This document shows positions 54,426 to 62,281 of a stretch of DNA of 64,000 nucleotides, in pieces (the first letter of the stretch is position 1; each line of letters starts with the position of its first letter). The DNA is from an uncultured virus (IMG/VR IMGVR_UViG_3300050821_008714) (lineage: Duplodnaviria; Heunggongvirae; Uroviricota; Caudoviricetes). The stretch is taken from IMG/VR virus record IMGVR_UViG_3300050821_008714; one strand, given 5' to 3'. Position numbers and translations under genes: made by a program. The notes beneath the pieces are model-generated. The model saw only the letters and a list, made by a program, of their open reading frames with translations, was not told the origin of the DNA and ran no database searches.

Positions 54426-54691
54426 TGGCGATCTACACCCGCCATCCACTGTGGGGCCCCGGCACCGCGCAGCGGCTGCCCCGCCCCGACCAGACCCTGC
54501 GGATCCGGATCAGGCCCGGCGTGCTCTCCGGCCTGTACGCCGCGGTCAGCCGCGATGTATCGAAGGGTGCCCCGCAGGCGCCGCGCGTCGAGACGCGACC
54601 GGCCAACGAGACCGACTTCACCCCCGACGGCGTCGCCGAGCCGGGCACCGAGGTCCCCATGCCGCAGTGGCACCGCGGCGTCACGAACTAA
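54425..54691 (+). CDS. Small protein ending GVTN
   Basis: TGATG overlap. Confidence 0.55.
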   Translation: MAIYTRHPLWGPGTAQRLPRPDQTLRIRIRPGVLSGLYAAVSRDVSKGAPQAPRVETRPANETDFTPDGVAEPGTEVPMPQWHRGVTN

Positions 54692-54709
54692 CAGGGGGGC
54701 CGAAGCCTC

Positions 54710-54745
54710 TTGCAGCGCCGGACCGCCATGCTATGTTGTCATCAG
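54710..54745 (+). promoter_or_regulatory. Promoter TTGCAG..TGnTATGTT plus TTGTCATCAG motif
   Basis: Read directly from the sequence; precedes the tRNA-like element. Confidence 0.65.
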
Positions 54746-54747
54746 GA

Positions 54748-54816
54748 GGCAGCGAGCTAAGCGGTCAGGGACTGCAGCGAGAGCGAGCAAGCCGGTTCGA
54801 ATCCCGGCCGTTGCCA
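54748..54816 (+). ncRNA. Atypical tRNA-like RNA or pseudo-tRNA (Cys-like traces; anticodon stem not formable)
   Basis: Acceptor GGCAGCG/CGTTGCC-A; T arm GCCGG-TTCGAATC-CCGGC; D-loop-like AAGCGGT; CTGCA without a pairing stem. Confidence 0.6.
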
Positions 54817-54853
54817 CTCGGCAGATCGCCGAAGATCAGGTCAGGGAGTGACG

Positions 54854-55327
54854 ATGTTCTCCACCACGCGCAGGAAGGTCGCGGCCGTCATAGCGGCTGC
54901 GGTCGCCGCATCCGTCTTCACGCTGTACGAGACGTCCGGGACCGCCGCCGCCCCGCTGTCGCGGCCTTCGACCGCCGCCCCGGCACAGTCGGCTCCTCCG
55001 ATGCCAGGCGATCCGGTTTCGATCCTGGAGTCGATGCACGTCCCGATCCCGTCCAGCGAGGCCGTCGGACAGGTCGACATCTTCGGGGATCGGTACGCCA
55101 GTGGCTCGTTCGCCGACGGCGAGGAGGTCACGGTGTACACATACGCCGATTCGCAGGCCCTGGCCAGGGACCTGCAGCAGAACCCCTCGAACGACGCCAA
55201 CAAGGAGCTGGTCGGCACGGCTCGCCTGTTCACCGTGACCGTGACCGGCGTGGACACCGGCAATGGGATCAGCTTCCCGGTCCCTGTGTCCGCGCTGGCG
55301 CAGGAGTCCGGGACGGTGCTTGACTAG
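54854..55327 (+). CDS. Secreted/membrane-anchored protein
   Basis: RRKVAAVIAAAVAASVF signal/anchor followed by a Pro/Ala linker. Confidence 0.65.
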   Translation: MFSTTRRKVAAVIAAAVAASVFTLYETSGTAAAPLSRPSTAAPAQSAPPMPGDPVSILESMHVPIPSSEAVGQVDIFGDRYASGSFADGEEVTVYTYADSQALARDLQQNPSNDANKELVGTARLFTVTVTGVDTGNGISFPVPVSALAQESGTVLD

Positions 55328-55330
55328 TCC

Positions 55331-55370
55331 TGCTAGACTTGTCATCAGTAGTTGAACCGTTCAGGGAAGA
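55331..55370 (+). promoter_or_regulatory. Extended -10 TGCTAGACT, TTGTCATCAG and GTTCAGGGAAGA
   Basis: Same architecture as 51348-51385 and 28012-28056 (minus). Confidence 0.7.
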
Positions 55371-55388
55371 TCGACAAGGAAGGCAGTC

Positions 55389-55757
55389 ATGAGCGGCGAG
55401 CTGAAGCCCAAGGTGGAGATCAAGGTCGGGCAGGAGCTGTCGGCGCGCTGGCGCGTCAAGACCCGGTACACCGTGGACCGGCGCAGGGCCGTGGTGACCC
55501 GTGTTGCCCGCGTCTGGGCCGAGGCCGAGGTGGACGGCTATATCGATCCGGTCCGGTTCCGGATCGACACCGGACTGGGCGATGAGGCGGCGCAGTTCCA
55601 CATGGACATCCCCGAGGTGCTGGCCTACGAGCAGCGCATCCGCGACTCCTGGGCGACGCTGAGGGCGCACGGCATGCGGGCCGACGAGTTCGGGGTGAAG
55701 ACCCACGACGCCGACCTGTTCGCCGTCGCCGAATTGCTGGAGAAGGGTGTGAAGTGA
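55389..55757 (+). CDS. Paralog of 52329-52739
   Basis: IKVGQEL..VTRVARVW..RF..PEVLAYEQR..L..G..LFAVAELL. Confidence 0.65.
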   Translation: MSGELKPKVEIKVGQELSARWRVKTRYTVDRRRAVVTRVARVWAEAEVDGYIDPVRFRIDTGLGDEAAQFHMDIPEVLAYEQRIRDSWATLRAHGMRADEFGVKTHDADLFAVAELLEKGVK

Positions 55758-56014
55758 GCAAGGACGGCGCCAAGAAAGACCCGGAGATCTTCGTCATGAT
55801 CAAGGACTGCTGCTGCGGTGTGGACCACCGGATGAAGCGGTCCGCGTGGGATAAGTACCGCCAGGTGGTTAAGGGAAAGCTGCCCACGGTGCCGGTGGGC
55901 ACCGGCATCGCCTGCTGGCGGATCCCGCGCATCTACATCGCCTGCCACGGCATCAAGGCGGCCGAGGTCCCGCTGCTAGCCGAGCGGTACGGATGGGAGG
56001 CGGTCGGGCCGTGA
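55754..56014 (+). CDS. Cys-rich hypothetical protein
   Basis: GTGA overlap. Confidence 0.55.
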   Translation: MSKDGAKKDPEIFVMIKDCCCGVDHRMKRSAWDKYRQVVKGKLPTVPVGTGIACWRIPRIYIACHGIKAAEVPLLAERYGWEAVGP

Positions 56015-56277
56015 CGAAGGACTCGACGCTCGATCCGAGGTGCCCGGTCAAGATCCACTGGGCACGGGGGCAGGAGCACACGACGCAGTGCGACCGCCTT
56101 CGCCACACCGACCCGTACCACCGGGGCAGGTACCCCAGCCCGCACCCGAGCGGGTACACGGTGATCTCCTGGCAGGCGGGCGACCGCCGCGAGTACACCG
56201 GCGAGTGGCCCGGCCCGTGCGTCCTGGTGAAGGGCTGCGTCCTGCACACCGGGCACGTGGGGAAGTGCGCGGTGTGA
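56011..56277 (+). CDS. Cys/His-rich hypothetical protein
   Basis: Duplicated C..C..H..H motifs. Confidence 0.55.
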   Translation: MTKDSTLDPRCPVKIHWARGQEHTTQCDRLRHTDPYHRGRYPSPHPSGYTVISWQAGDRREYTGEWPGPCVLVKGCVLHTGHVGKCAV

Positions 56278-56471
56278 ACGAGTGGCGCAAGCCGAGCGGC
56301 TGCCCCAACAACGCCACCTGCGTCGAGGTGATGGAGGCCGAGGCGGGCTTCTACGTGCGGGATGCCAAGGACGAAGGACGCGGCCCGGCGCTGTTCTTCA
56401 CCCGCGCCGAGTGGGCCGCGTTCCTGGCCGGTGTGAACGCGGGGGAGTTCGACGCGGAGGATGCGACGTGA
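56274..56471 (+). CDS. DUF397 (BldB/AbaA-like) protein, orphan
   Basis: WRKPS.C....CVEV..VRDAK....L.F...EWAAFLAGV.AGEFD. Confidence 0.88.
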   Translation: MNEWRKPSGCPNNATCVEVMEAEAGFYVRDAKDEGRGPALFFTRAEWAAFLAGVNAGEFDAEDAT

Positions 56472-56773
56472 ACGACGTGGACGCGCTCACCCGGTTCCGG
56501 ATGGCCCGGTACGAGCTGGTCGGCAGCGCCGAGGCGCTGCACATCTACGAGTTGGCGAACGCCGCGCTGGCCGAGCAGTCGGCCGAGATCGCCCGGCTCA
56601 AGGACGAGCTGGCCGAGCGGGAGAACCGCGCCGTGCTGCACGCCACCGGCGCGCAGTGCGAGCGGATCATCTCGTCCGGAGAGGCCGACGCCGAGGAGCC
56701 GGGCACGATCCTGCGGTCGACCGACGACACGCGGAGCTGGGAGCGCACGGGGGCGGGGTGGCAGCTGAGGTAG
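56468..56773 (+). CDS. Hypothetical protein
   Basis: GGAGG RBS, GTGA overlap. Confidence 0.6.
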   Translation: MNDVDALTRFRMARYELVGSAEALHIYELANAALAEQSAEIARLKDELAERENRAVLHATGAQCERIISSGEADAEEPGTILRSTDDTRSWERTGAGWQLR

Positions 56774-56789
56774 CGACGGCTGCTCACGG

Positions 56790-56811
56790 GGCCCGGACCT
56801 CGGTCCGGGCC
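56790..56811 (+). terminator. Hairpin terminator ending the accessory region
   Basis: GGCCCGGACC-TC-GGTCCGGGCC. Confidence 0.6.
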
Positions 56812-56896
56812 TTCGGCGTCTCTGGTAGCTTGGCATTGTCCGCAGTACGCTTAGCCGCGTAGCGACCTTGTCGTCAGATGTTGGGGAGATACGATC

Positions 56897-57175
56897 ATGA
56901 GTTTCAGCAGTGTTCTCATCGAGGTCAAGAAGGTTCTCAGCGAGGTGACCGGCGAGGCCGGGCGCGTGGCCAAGGCGGGCCTGGCGGACCTGGAGGCCGA
57001 GGCCGCGAAGGTGCAGAGCGACGTCAGCGGCCTGCTGGCGAAGGCACGGGCCGACGCCGAGACGGCGGTGTCGGCGGCCGAGCCCGAGGTGAAGGCGGCG
57101 GTCAGCGCGCTGATCGCCCAGCTGGAGCTGGACGTCAAGGCCGCGCTCGCCCAGCTCGCCGTGCACTCCCTCTGA
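56897..57175 (+). CDS. Small amphipathic helical protein upstream of the endolysin
   Basis: GGAG RBS; Ala/Glu/Lys/Val amphipathic repeats. Confidence 0.7.
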   Translation: MSFSSVLIEVKKVLSEVTGEAGRVAKAGLADLEAEAAKVQSDVSGLLAKARADAETAVSAAEPEVKAAVSALIAQLELDVKAALAQLAVHSL

Positions 57176-57192
57176 CACGGGAGGGCACCACA

Positions 57193-58140
57193 GTGATCCT
57201 CGGCTGCGACATCGCCTGGCAGAAGCCGACCGGCGCACAGCTCGCGGCCGTCGGCGTCCAGTTCGCCAGCCTGTACGTCGGGCAGGACAACACCGGCAAG
57301 AACATGACACCTGCCGTGGTCGCCGACTACGCCGCGCACGGCGTTTCGGTCATCACGAACTTCGAGTACGGCGCGACGCAGATGCTCGGCGGCGCGGCGC
57401 AGGGCAGGACCGACGCGGCGCTGGGCCTGTCGCAGGCGCGGGCCTGCGGCATGCCGGACGGCCGCCCGATCATCTACTCGGCAGACTGGGCCGCCACCGC
57501 CGCGCAGATCAACAGCGGGATCATCCCGTACCTGGCGGCGGCGCGCGACGTGACCGGGCCCGGCACCGTCGGCGTCTACGGCTCGTACTCCGTGGTCACC
57601 GCCGTGAACGCGTACTGGGCCGCGCACTTCCCCGGCGAGCACCTCTACGTGTGGCAGACGGTCGCCTGGTCCGGCTCGTCCTGGGCGACGGCGCTGGAGG
57701 AGATAGAGCAGCTCGGCGGCAGCATGACTGTCGGCGGTATCACGATCGACCAGGACTATGCACCGGCCGGCGTCGATGTCGGCCAGTGGATCCTCGGAGG
57801 AGGCGCCCCCACCATGACGATGAACTGGACCGACCTGATCGACGGGATCGGCGGACGACCCGGCGGCAACCACGTCAACTACATGCTCACCGATCTGTCC
57901 CGGATGCGCGACCACCTGTACGGCGACTCGACCGCGACGGTTCCGGCCGACTCGCCGCTGGCGCAGATCCTCGCGCTGCCCGCGACGGTGGCCGCGATCG
58001 AGGCGCAGGTGAAGGGCTTGTCCGTGCCGTCCGTGGATGCGGCGGCGCTCGCCGAGGCGCTGGCGGGCAACACGGCGTTCGTGAAGGCCATCGCGCACGC
58101 GTTCGCGGTCGAGATCCACAACGACACCCCGGGGGTCTGA
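57193..58140 (+). CDS. Endolysin, GH25-like DUF1906 (Rv2525c-type) muramidase
   Basis: GCD..GVQF..Y..KN.T..NFE..GMP.GRPIIYSADW..GVYGS..WQTVAWSG..DQD. Confidence 0.85.
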   Translation: MILGCDIAWQKPTGAQLAAVGVQFASLYVGQDNTGKNMTPAVVADYAAHGVSVITNFEYGATQMLGGAAQGRTDAALGLSQARACGMPDGRPIIYSADWAATAAQINSGIIPYLAAARDVTGPGTVGVYGSYSVVTAVNAYWAAHFPGEHLYVWQTVAWSGSSWATALEEIEQLGGSMTVGGITIDQDYAPAGVDVGQWILGGGAPTMTMNWTDLIDGIGGRPGGNHVNYMLTDLSRMRDHLYGDSTATVPADSPLAQILALPATVAAIEAQVKGLSVPSVDAAALAEALAGNTAFVKAIAHAFAVEIHNDTPGV

Positions 58141-58141
58141 C

Positions 58142-59095
58142 GTGACACGCCGCCGCGGCAAGTACGGACGGCTTCCCAACGACCCGCACCGCGCGCGGAT
58201 CCACCTGCACAACTCGCTGACCGGCGTGGTGCCGACGCACCCGGCTGCCGACGACTACCTGTCCCGGCTCTCGGGCTGGCAGATGCTCGGCAACGACCAG
58301 TACGGCGACTGCGTCGCGGTCACCTGGTCCAACCTGCGCAGGCTGACCACCGCCCGGCTCAGCGTCGAGAGCTACCCGCCGCTGGTCCAGGTCGAGGCGC
58401 TGTACACGACGCAGAACCCCGGGTTCCCCGCCGAGGACAACGGCATGGACATCCAGACGTGCCTGGAGTACCTGGTCAAGACCGGAGGCCCGGACGGTGT
58501 CAAGGCGCTCGGATTCGCCGCGGTCGACCACACCAACCCGGACGAGGTCAAGGCCGCGATCGCGATCTTCGGGGCGGTGTGGGTCGGCATCGACGTGCTG
58601 TCGGCCAACGAGACCGAGTTCGACGACGGCCAGCCGTGGGACTACGTGCCCGGCTCGCAGGACGTCGGCGGCCACAGCATCCTGGTCGGCGGGTACGGCG
58701 CGATCGGCACCGGGCAGCTCGGAGGAGATGAGAAGTTCATCACCTGGGCCGAGGAGACGTCGTTCACCGATGCGTTCTGGTCCAACCAGGTCAGCGAGTG
58801 CTGGGCGGTCGTCTGGCCCGAGCACCTCGGTTCTCAGGAGTTCCTGGCCGGGGTCGACCTGCAGCAGCTCGCCGCAGACTACGCCGCCATCACCGGACAG
58901 CCGTTCCCGGCGCCGGTACCGCCCGCCCCGTCCCCCACGCCCACGCCGACGCCGCCGAGCCCCACTCCGCCGCTGCCGCCGGTGCCGACTCCGCCCGCGC
59001 CTCCGGTACCCGTGCCACCGGAGCCCAACGTCATCCAATGGCTGATCAAGGCCCTGGAGCACCTGATCGCCGTCCTAAAGAAGATGCTTCCGTGA
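58142..59095 (+). CDS. Papain-like (C1-type) cysteine peptidase
   Basis: MLGNDQYGDCVA (Cys), GGHSILVGGY (His), ITWA; Pro-rich linker and C-terminal amphipathic helix. Confidence 0.75.
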   Translation: MTRRRGKYGRLPNDPHRARIHLHNSLTGVVPTHPAADDYLSRLSGWQMLGNDQYGDCVAVTWSNLRRLTTARLSVESYPPLVQVEALYTTQNPGFPAEDNGMDIQTCLEYLVKTGGPDGVKALGFAAVDHTNPDEVKAAIAIFGAVWVGIDVLSANETEFDDGQPWDYVPGSQDVGGHSILVGGYGAIGTGQLGGDEKFITWAEETSFTDAFWSNQVSECWAVVWPEHLGSQEFLAGVDLQQLAADYAAITGQPFPAPVPPAPSPTPTPTPPSPTPPLPPVPTPPAPPVPVPPEPNVIQWLIKALEHLIAVLKKMLP

Positions 59096-59619
59096 CTTCC
59101 GGAATCGACCCCCACCAGCCGGGCGACACCGTCCTGGTCCAGATCGAGGGAGCCGTCGGCAGGGCCATCGAGTTCGGCCAGTGGCTGAACGGCGACGGAT
59201 TCACCGTGTTCGAGCACGCCGCGATGTACCTTGGCGGCGGCATGGTCGTCGAGGCGGAGCCCGGCGGGGCGCGCGAGGTGCCGCTGTCCGAGTACGACGG
59301 CCGGGCGCAGTTCTGGTCAACCGGGCACCTGGCGCTCACCGGGCAGCAGCGCGGCGCCGTCGTGGCGGCGGCCCTGAAGTACGCGGCTGCGCGCGTCCCG
59401 TACAGCTTCCTCGACTACGACGCCCTGGCCGTGCACAGGCTGCGCATCCCCGTGCCCGGCCTGAGGCGGTACATCGCCGACACCGGGCACATGATCTGCT
59501 CGCAGCTCGTCGACCAGTGCTACGCCGACGCCGGGGTGCACCTGTTCAAGGACGGCCGCTGGCCGGGCTACGTCACCCCCGGCGATCTCCTCAACCTGTT
59601 CAAGCTGGAGGGCTCATGA
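59092..59619 (+). CDS. Permuted NlpC/P60 papain-like enzyme (YiiX/YaeF-type)
   Basis: PGD..EHAAMYLG..VEA..PYSF..ICSQLVDQCY..TPGDL (His before Cys). Confidence 0.85.
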   Translation: MTSGIDPHQPGDTVLVQIEGAVGRAIEFGQWLNGDGFTVFEHAAMYLGGGMVVEAEPGGAREVPLSEYDGRAQFWSTGHLALTGQQRGAVVAAALKYAAARVPYSFLDYDALAVHRLRIPVPGLRRYIADTGHMICSQLVDQCYADAGVHLFKDGRWPGYVTPGDLLNLFKLEGS

Positions 59620-59906
59620 CGACCACCCGCAGAGAGATCGGACGGGGCGAGTCCGGCCGGCTCGACGAGCAGCTGACCGGGCGCGTCTGGCTGGCCCAGA
59701 ACAGGCCCCAGTGGCCGGTCCAGCTGCTCACCTCCGTGCCCCAGGTGGCCGACTGGCTGAAGATGAACCCCGAAGGCGTCGTCTGGGACTACGAGATCAA
59801 GCCGATCAGCCAGGTGCAGATGATCAATCCAAAGCCGTTTCTGCAAGCGGTGCCCCATGTGACCGCCGCCGAACCCACCGACGTACATGAGGAGAAGCCG
59901 GCATGA
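59616..59906 (+). CDS. Hypothetical protein
   Basis: ATGA overlaps on both sides. Confidence 0.6.
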   Translation: MTTTRREIGRGESGRLDEQLTGRVWLAQNRPQWPVQLLTSVPQVADWLKMNPEGVVWDYEIKPISQVQMINPKPFLQAVPHVTAAEPTDVHEEKPA

Positions 59907-60508
59907 CGGACGACCAGCGCCTGGCCGAGTTCGGGGCGTTCACGCCCGAGGGGGTGCTGACACCCGGCTACGGCGACCACTACCTGTTCCTGGTCGGCCG
60001 CGACGACGTGCACGGCATCCTGCTCAAGCTGCTGTCCTCCGAGACGATGAGCCTCAAGCTCAACATGTTCGGATACGACGACGACGAGCTGAACGCCGCG
60101 ATCCTCGCTCTGATGGAGAACCCGAACATCCGCGTGCAGGGCACCCTCGACAAGTCGCAGTCCGGCGGCGTGCACGAGCGGAAGATCCTCGCCAGCGACG
60201 TGGCCAACCACCCGGACTTCTTCAACTCGTTCGTGGTCGGCCAGTCGGAGACGCACCAGATCAGCCACACCAAGGGCGCCGTCCTGGTCGGCCAGGGCCT
60301 CGGGTTCGAGGGCTCCACCAACTGGTCCGCCTCCGGAGAGGGCGCCGGGATCAAGCTGGACCCGGCGCAGAAGCCGCAGGCCGGGTTCAAGGCGCAGAAC
60401 AACACGCTGCTGGTGTCGGCCAACCCCGTGTTCCTGGCCCGGTTCGGCGCCCGGCTGGACGCCGAGCACATCACGGCTTTGCAGCAGGCGCGCAAGACGC
60501 CATCCTGA
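59903..60508 (+). CDS. Single-domain phospholipase D-family protein (Nuc-like)
   Basis: MFGYDDDEL..LDKSQ..SHTK..GSTNWS..QNN. Confidence 0.8.
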   Translation: MTDDQRLAEFGAFTPEGVLTPGYGDHYLFLVGRDDVHGILLKLLSSETMSLKLNMFGYDDDELNAAILALMENPNIRVQGTLDKSQSGGVHERKILASDVANHPDFFNSFVVGQSETHQISHTKGAVLVGQGLGFEGSTNWSASGEGAGIKLDPAQKPQAGFKAQNNTLLVSANPVFLARFGARLDAEHITALQQARKTPS

Positions 60509-60512
60509 TCAC

Positions 60513-62234
60513 ATGGTGAACCTGCTGTCTGAGTGGGCGCGGAGGATGGACCCCGAGGCCATCGTCGAGAAGGCCTCGGCCGTCTGGAAGCGCGAGGCGC
60601 GCCCGGAGCAGCGGCTGCCCGAAGGCGACTGGCGGGTCGTCTACTACCAGGGCGGCCGTGGCAGCGGGAAGACCCGATCGGGATCGGCCGGGCTGGCCGA
60701 GCTGATCGAAGCCGACCTGGACTTCGATCCGCCCGGCGAGTACGGCATCGTCGCCCCCACCTACCGGGACGCCTGGACGGTGTGCGTCGAGGGCGAGGCC
60801 GGGATTCTGCGGGCGCTGGGCACCACGGCCGGCGAGGTCAAGCACGGCCAGTCCAAGACGGTGGAGTACGCCTACCGCAGCTACGGGGAGATCGGCCTGC
60901 GCAGCGGGCACGTGATCTACGTGGACTCGGCCGACGACGGCGCGCTGCGCGTCCAGGGCAAGAACCTGCGGGCGCTGTGGGGCGACGAGATCGGCCTGTG
61001 GAAGCGCTGGCAGGTGGCCTGGGAGGAGTCGGTCCGGTTCGCCGTCCGCAAGGGCGTGTCGAAGATCATCGTCACCGGAACCCCGAAGGCGTCACGCCCG
61101 GCCCGCAAGCTGGTGCGGCGGCTGATCCGGGCCGGGCGCGGCGACGACGAGTTCGCCGACGGACCGGTCGTCGTGCGGAAGCTGCGCACGATCGACAACA
61201 TCGCCAACCTGGCCGAGTCGTTCTTCCGGTCGGTGGTCGGCGCGGCCAAGGGCACCAGGCTGGAGCGCCAGGAGCTTGAGGGCGAGTTGCTCGACGACGT
61301 CGCCAACGCGCTGTGGACGCGTGAGATGCTGGAGGAGGCGCAGTGCCCCGGCGTCGGCGTCGAGGGCGGACCCGAGTACCTCACCTCGATCAAGATGGGC
61401 GTCGACCCGTCCGACGGCACCGAGGAGTCCGACGAGCAGGCGTACACCATCGTCGGCCTCGGCCCGATGCGCGACCAGGTCTACGTCGTCGAGTCCTGGG
61501 GTGGCCAGGAGGCCCCGGCGCCGTTCGCCCGCCGTTTCCTGGTCCGCGCGTCGCAGCTCGACGCCACCGTCGTCGTGGAGAAGAACCACGGCGGTGAGTG
61601 GATGATGCAGCTGATCGAGCAGGTCCAGCGCGCGCTGATCGCGGAAGGCGTCATCAAGAAGCGGGTGCGCGTGGAGAAGATCCACGCCAGCGAGTCCAAG
61701 CGCACCCGGGCCGAGCCGATCTCCGGGCTGTACGAGCGCGGCATCGTCAAGCACTGCCAGAAGGTCAACCGCTTCCAGATGGCGGATCCGGACACCGGCG
61801 AGATGAAATGGCGCGAGGAGACAGAGCGGTTCACCGAGCTGGAGGATCAGCAGGCGACGTTCACCGGGGCGCACGGCGAGCGGTCGCCGGACCGGCTCGA
61901 CTCTCTGGTGTGGGCGGCCAGCGCGTTCCTGTCGCTGAGCTTCGGACCGGTGACCCACGCCCGCGTGGCCAAGTGGGCCCGCGACGGCGGCCAACTGGCG
62001 AACGCCGTGCCGCTGGAGCGGGAGCGCGGCGGCGACCCGATCGCCGCGCCGGATCCTGAGGACGACCGCGTCGCGGTGCCCCGCGCGGTGCGCCGCCTGC
62101 AACTGCAGCAGGTGGCCGCGCTGGACGGTTTCGGCGACATCGACGGATGGGCTCCGCAGGATCCTGACGACGTTCCCGAGCACGGGCGCCGCGGCAACGT
62201 GCGCGCGTGGTCGTCCGAGTCGTCGCCGATCTAA
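60513..62234 (+). CDS. terL: Terminase large subunit
   Basis: GGRGSGKT Walker A; WGDEIG Walker B; VTGTP; RQELEGE; GVDPS; VEKNHGG; SPDRLDSLVW. Confidence 0.95.
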   Translation: MVNLLSEWARRMDPEAIVEKASAVWKREARPEQRLPEGDWRVVYYQGGRGSGKTRSGSAGLAELIEADLDFDPPGEYGIVAPTYRDAWTVCVEGEAGILRALGTTAGEVKHGQSKTVEYAYRSYGEIGLRSGHVIYVDSADDGALRVQGKNLRALWGDEIGLWKRWQVAWEESVRFAVRKGVSKIIVTGTPKASRPARKLVRRLIRAGRGDDEFADGPVVVRKLRTIDNIANLAESFFRSVVGAAKGTRLERQELEGELLDDVANALWTREMLEEAQCPGVGVEGGPEYLTSIKMGVDPSDGTEESDEQAYTIVGLGPMRDQVYVVESWGGQEAPAPFARRFLVRASQLDATVVVEKNHGGEWMMQLIEQVQRALIAEGVIKKRVRVEKIHASESKRTRAEPISGLYERGIVKHCQKVNRFQMADPDTGEMKWREETERFTELEDQQATFTGAHGERSPDRLDSLVWAASAFLSLSFGPVTHARVAKWARDGGQLANAVPLERERGGDPIAAPDPEDDRVAVPRAVRRLQLQQVAALDGFGDIDGWAPQDPDDVPEHGRRGNVRAWSSESSPI

Positions 62235-62281
62235 CCGGCCAGCGGTACCCTGCTGACAGGCGATCACCAGCGAGGAGAACC

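Noticed and set aside
54748..54816. Functional tRNA-Cys(GCA)
   Set aside because: The anticodon stem cannot pair, the D stem is minimal, the T loop has 8 nt and the discriminator is A rather than U
60513..62234. Intein in TerL, PolA or helicase
   Set aside because: Sizes are normal and there are no C...HN splice motifs; the extra TerL length is a low-complexity C-terminal tail
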